From an uncultured Gemmatimonadales bacterium (GTDB lineage: Bacteria; Gemmatimonadota; Gemmatimonadetes; Gemmatimonadales; GWC2-71-9): a stretch of 64,000 nucleotides of DNA. The stretch is taken from positions 1 to 64,000 of the forward strand of contig CAWCVB010000001.1 of assembly GCA_963798915.1 (NCBI GenBank), in the 5' to 3' direction. The position numbers were made by a program, and so were the translations under genes. Within the stretch, counting starts at the first letter, position 1. Each line of letters starts with the position of its first letter. The notes below the pieces were generated by a model. It made no database searches, had not been told where the DNA came from, and saw only the letters and a program-made list of their open reading frames with translations. Shown here one piece after another: positions 62,479-64,000 of this stretch.

Positions 62479-64000
62479 GTGCTCGAGGCGCGGCGACTTA
62501 CCGGCCCTCACCTGCTCGACGACCGCACCGGGGCGGCGCTCGACGTCCCGATCGGGGAAGAACTCGATGCGCTCATCCCCCTCTGGGAAGCCGAGGCGCG
62601 CCGCCTGCTGGACGGGCTGGGGTGGCACCACGAGTACACCCGGATCCACCGGTTCAGTGGCGGCGCCTGCCTGTTCGCCAGCGCGCCGGTGGACGTGCTG
62701 TATGCCGCGACCGATCTGGTCGAGGAAGCATGGCAGGCGGCTGAGGCGCGATACCGGGGGGAAAGCGCCAGGCCGGACGCAGGCGAACGACTGCGCGAGC
62801 TGGTGCTGAACGAACGCCGTCCACATGTGCGGCTGCTGGCGCGTGCCGCGGAAACCCACGGCGTTTCCTTCCTGCACGACAGCGATGGCGTGTCCCTCGG
62901 CACGGGGAATGGGGCCGTCTTCTATCCCCATGATGCCATCCCTGAATCGGCCGACGTGGACTGGCGGTCGGTGCACGACGTGCCGCTCGTCCTGGTCACG
63001 GGGTCCAACGGCAAGACAACCTCGGTGCGGCTGATCACGGCGATGGCAGAGGCGGCAGGGCTGCTCACCGGAAGCGCCACCACGGATGGCGTGGTGATTG
63101 GCGGGGCCATGGTGGCCGCCGACGACTTCAGCGGGCCAATGGGTGCCCGCCGCGTGCTGCGGCACGCGGCGGTGCAATGCGCGGTGCTGGAGACGGCCCG
63201 CGGAGGAATCCTCCGGCGCGGCCTGGCCGTCCGTCATGCCGATGCTGCGCTCATCACGAACATCGCGGAGGATCACTTCGGCGACTGGGGTGTCAATACC
63301 CTGGAGGAACTGGCTGACGTAAAGCTGGTGATCGCGCGCGTCGTGCGTGAGACTGGCGCCGTCTGCCTGAATGGCGATGATGCTGTGCTGGTGCAACGGG
63401 CCCAGGCCCTGCGCCTGCAGCCGTCCTGGTTCTCGCTGAATCCGGCGTCGCCCCTGCTGCAGGCAGGCACCGACGGCGCCTGGCTGGACGGCTCGGAATT
63501 GCGGCTGCGCCACCAGGGACACACCAGCACCGTCATGGACGTGCGCAACATTCCGCTCACCTTGCTCGGAGCGGCGCGATACAATGTGGCCAACGTGCTG
63601 GGTGCCCTGCTCACCGCTGCGTCGCTCCAGCGCGCGGATGGCCAGCCGCTGATTCCGGTAGGTGCCATGCGCGCAGCGCTCGAGAGCTTCGAGTCGTCGG
63701 TCGAGCGGAATCCGGGACGGGGCAACCTCATCGATGTGGGCGGGGTGTGCGTGCTGGTGGACTACGCCCACAACCCGCATGGCATGGCGGCACTCACCCA
63801 AATGGTCTCCACCCTGCCGGCCAGGCGACGCCTGATCCTGCTGGGCCAGGCGGGCGACCGGACCGACGAAGCGCTTCGGGCGCTGGCGCGTTCCGCCTGG
63901 GCGCTGAATCCCGACCGGATCATCCTGAAGGAGATGGGCAAGTATCGCCGGGGCCGACCGGAGGGACAGGTTCCCGACCTGTTGCAGGCCGAGCTGCAGG
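62479..64000 (+). CDS. CphA paralogue / Mur-ligase family protein lacking the ATP-grasp core (3' partial)
   Basis: Open frame from GTG 62479 to window end (absent from ORF track): MLEARRLTGPHL..VTGSNGKTT..DFSGP..ETARGGILRRGL..EDH..NPGRGN..DYAHNPHG..GDR. Confidence 0.88.
   Translation, partial: MLEARRLTGPHLLDDRTGAALDVPIGEELDALIPLWEAEARRLLDGLGWHHEYTRIHRFSGGACLFASAPVDVLYAATDLVEEAWQAAEARYRGESARPDAGERLRELVLNERRPHVRLLARAAETHGVSFLHDSDGVSLGTGNGAVFYPHDAIPESADVDWRSVHDVPLVLVTGSNGKTTSVRLITAMAEAAGLLTGSATTDGVVIGGAMVAADDFSGPMGARRVLRHAAVQCAVLETARGGILRRGLAVRHADAALITNIAEDHFGDWGVNTLEELADVKLVIARVVRETGAVCLNGDDAVLVQRAQALRLQPSWFSLNPASPLLQAGTDGAWLDGSELRLRHQGHTSTVMDVRNIPLTLLGAARYNVANVLGALLTAASLQRADGQPLIPVGAMRAALESFESSVERNPGRGNLIDVGGVCVLVDYAHNPHGMAALTQMVSTLPARRRLILLGQAGDRTDEALRALARSAWALNPDRIILKEMGKYRRGRPEGQVPDLLQAELQ

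Overview
High-GC bacterial chromosomal window, most consistent with Gemmatimonadota (inferred from gene content and repeat style, not proven). 1-~7860 is the lower-GC end of an exopolysaccharide/O-antigen cluster (WcaI-like GT4, FkbM remnant, acyltransferase, Wzy, epimerase, GT4, truncated Tat-exported beta-helix protein), which abuts high-GC backbone at a sharp junction. The backbone carries four ECF sigma modules, a Ser/Thr kinase, an AAC(6')-I-like acetyltransferase, FadL+SGNH, cardiolipin synthase, a MacAB-TolC-like operon, a cytochrome b/Mo-oxidoreductase pair, fabH, yggX, VIT1, prfC, leuS, an MCP, an FHA/serine protease pair and a cyanophycin cluster (iadA-cphB-cphA plus an ATP-grasp-less CphA paralogue running off the end). 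Most interesting signals: (i) an identical-spacing TGAGCC-N16-CG(G/C)CT motif upstream of three transcription units beside a TIGR02999/ECF43-like sigma factor and a sensor-less kinase, suggesting a self-contained regulon; (ii) the CphA paralogue lacking the ATP-grasp core; (iii) recurrent -10-like boxes 5-7 nt before start codons (leaderless transcription); (iv) composite intergenic (GGGCAGGAT)n inverted-repeat elements with nested REP-like cores. Frameshifts cluster in the first ~10 kb and may be sequence errors. No rRNA, tRNA, CRISPR, transposase or integrase was recognised.
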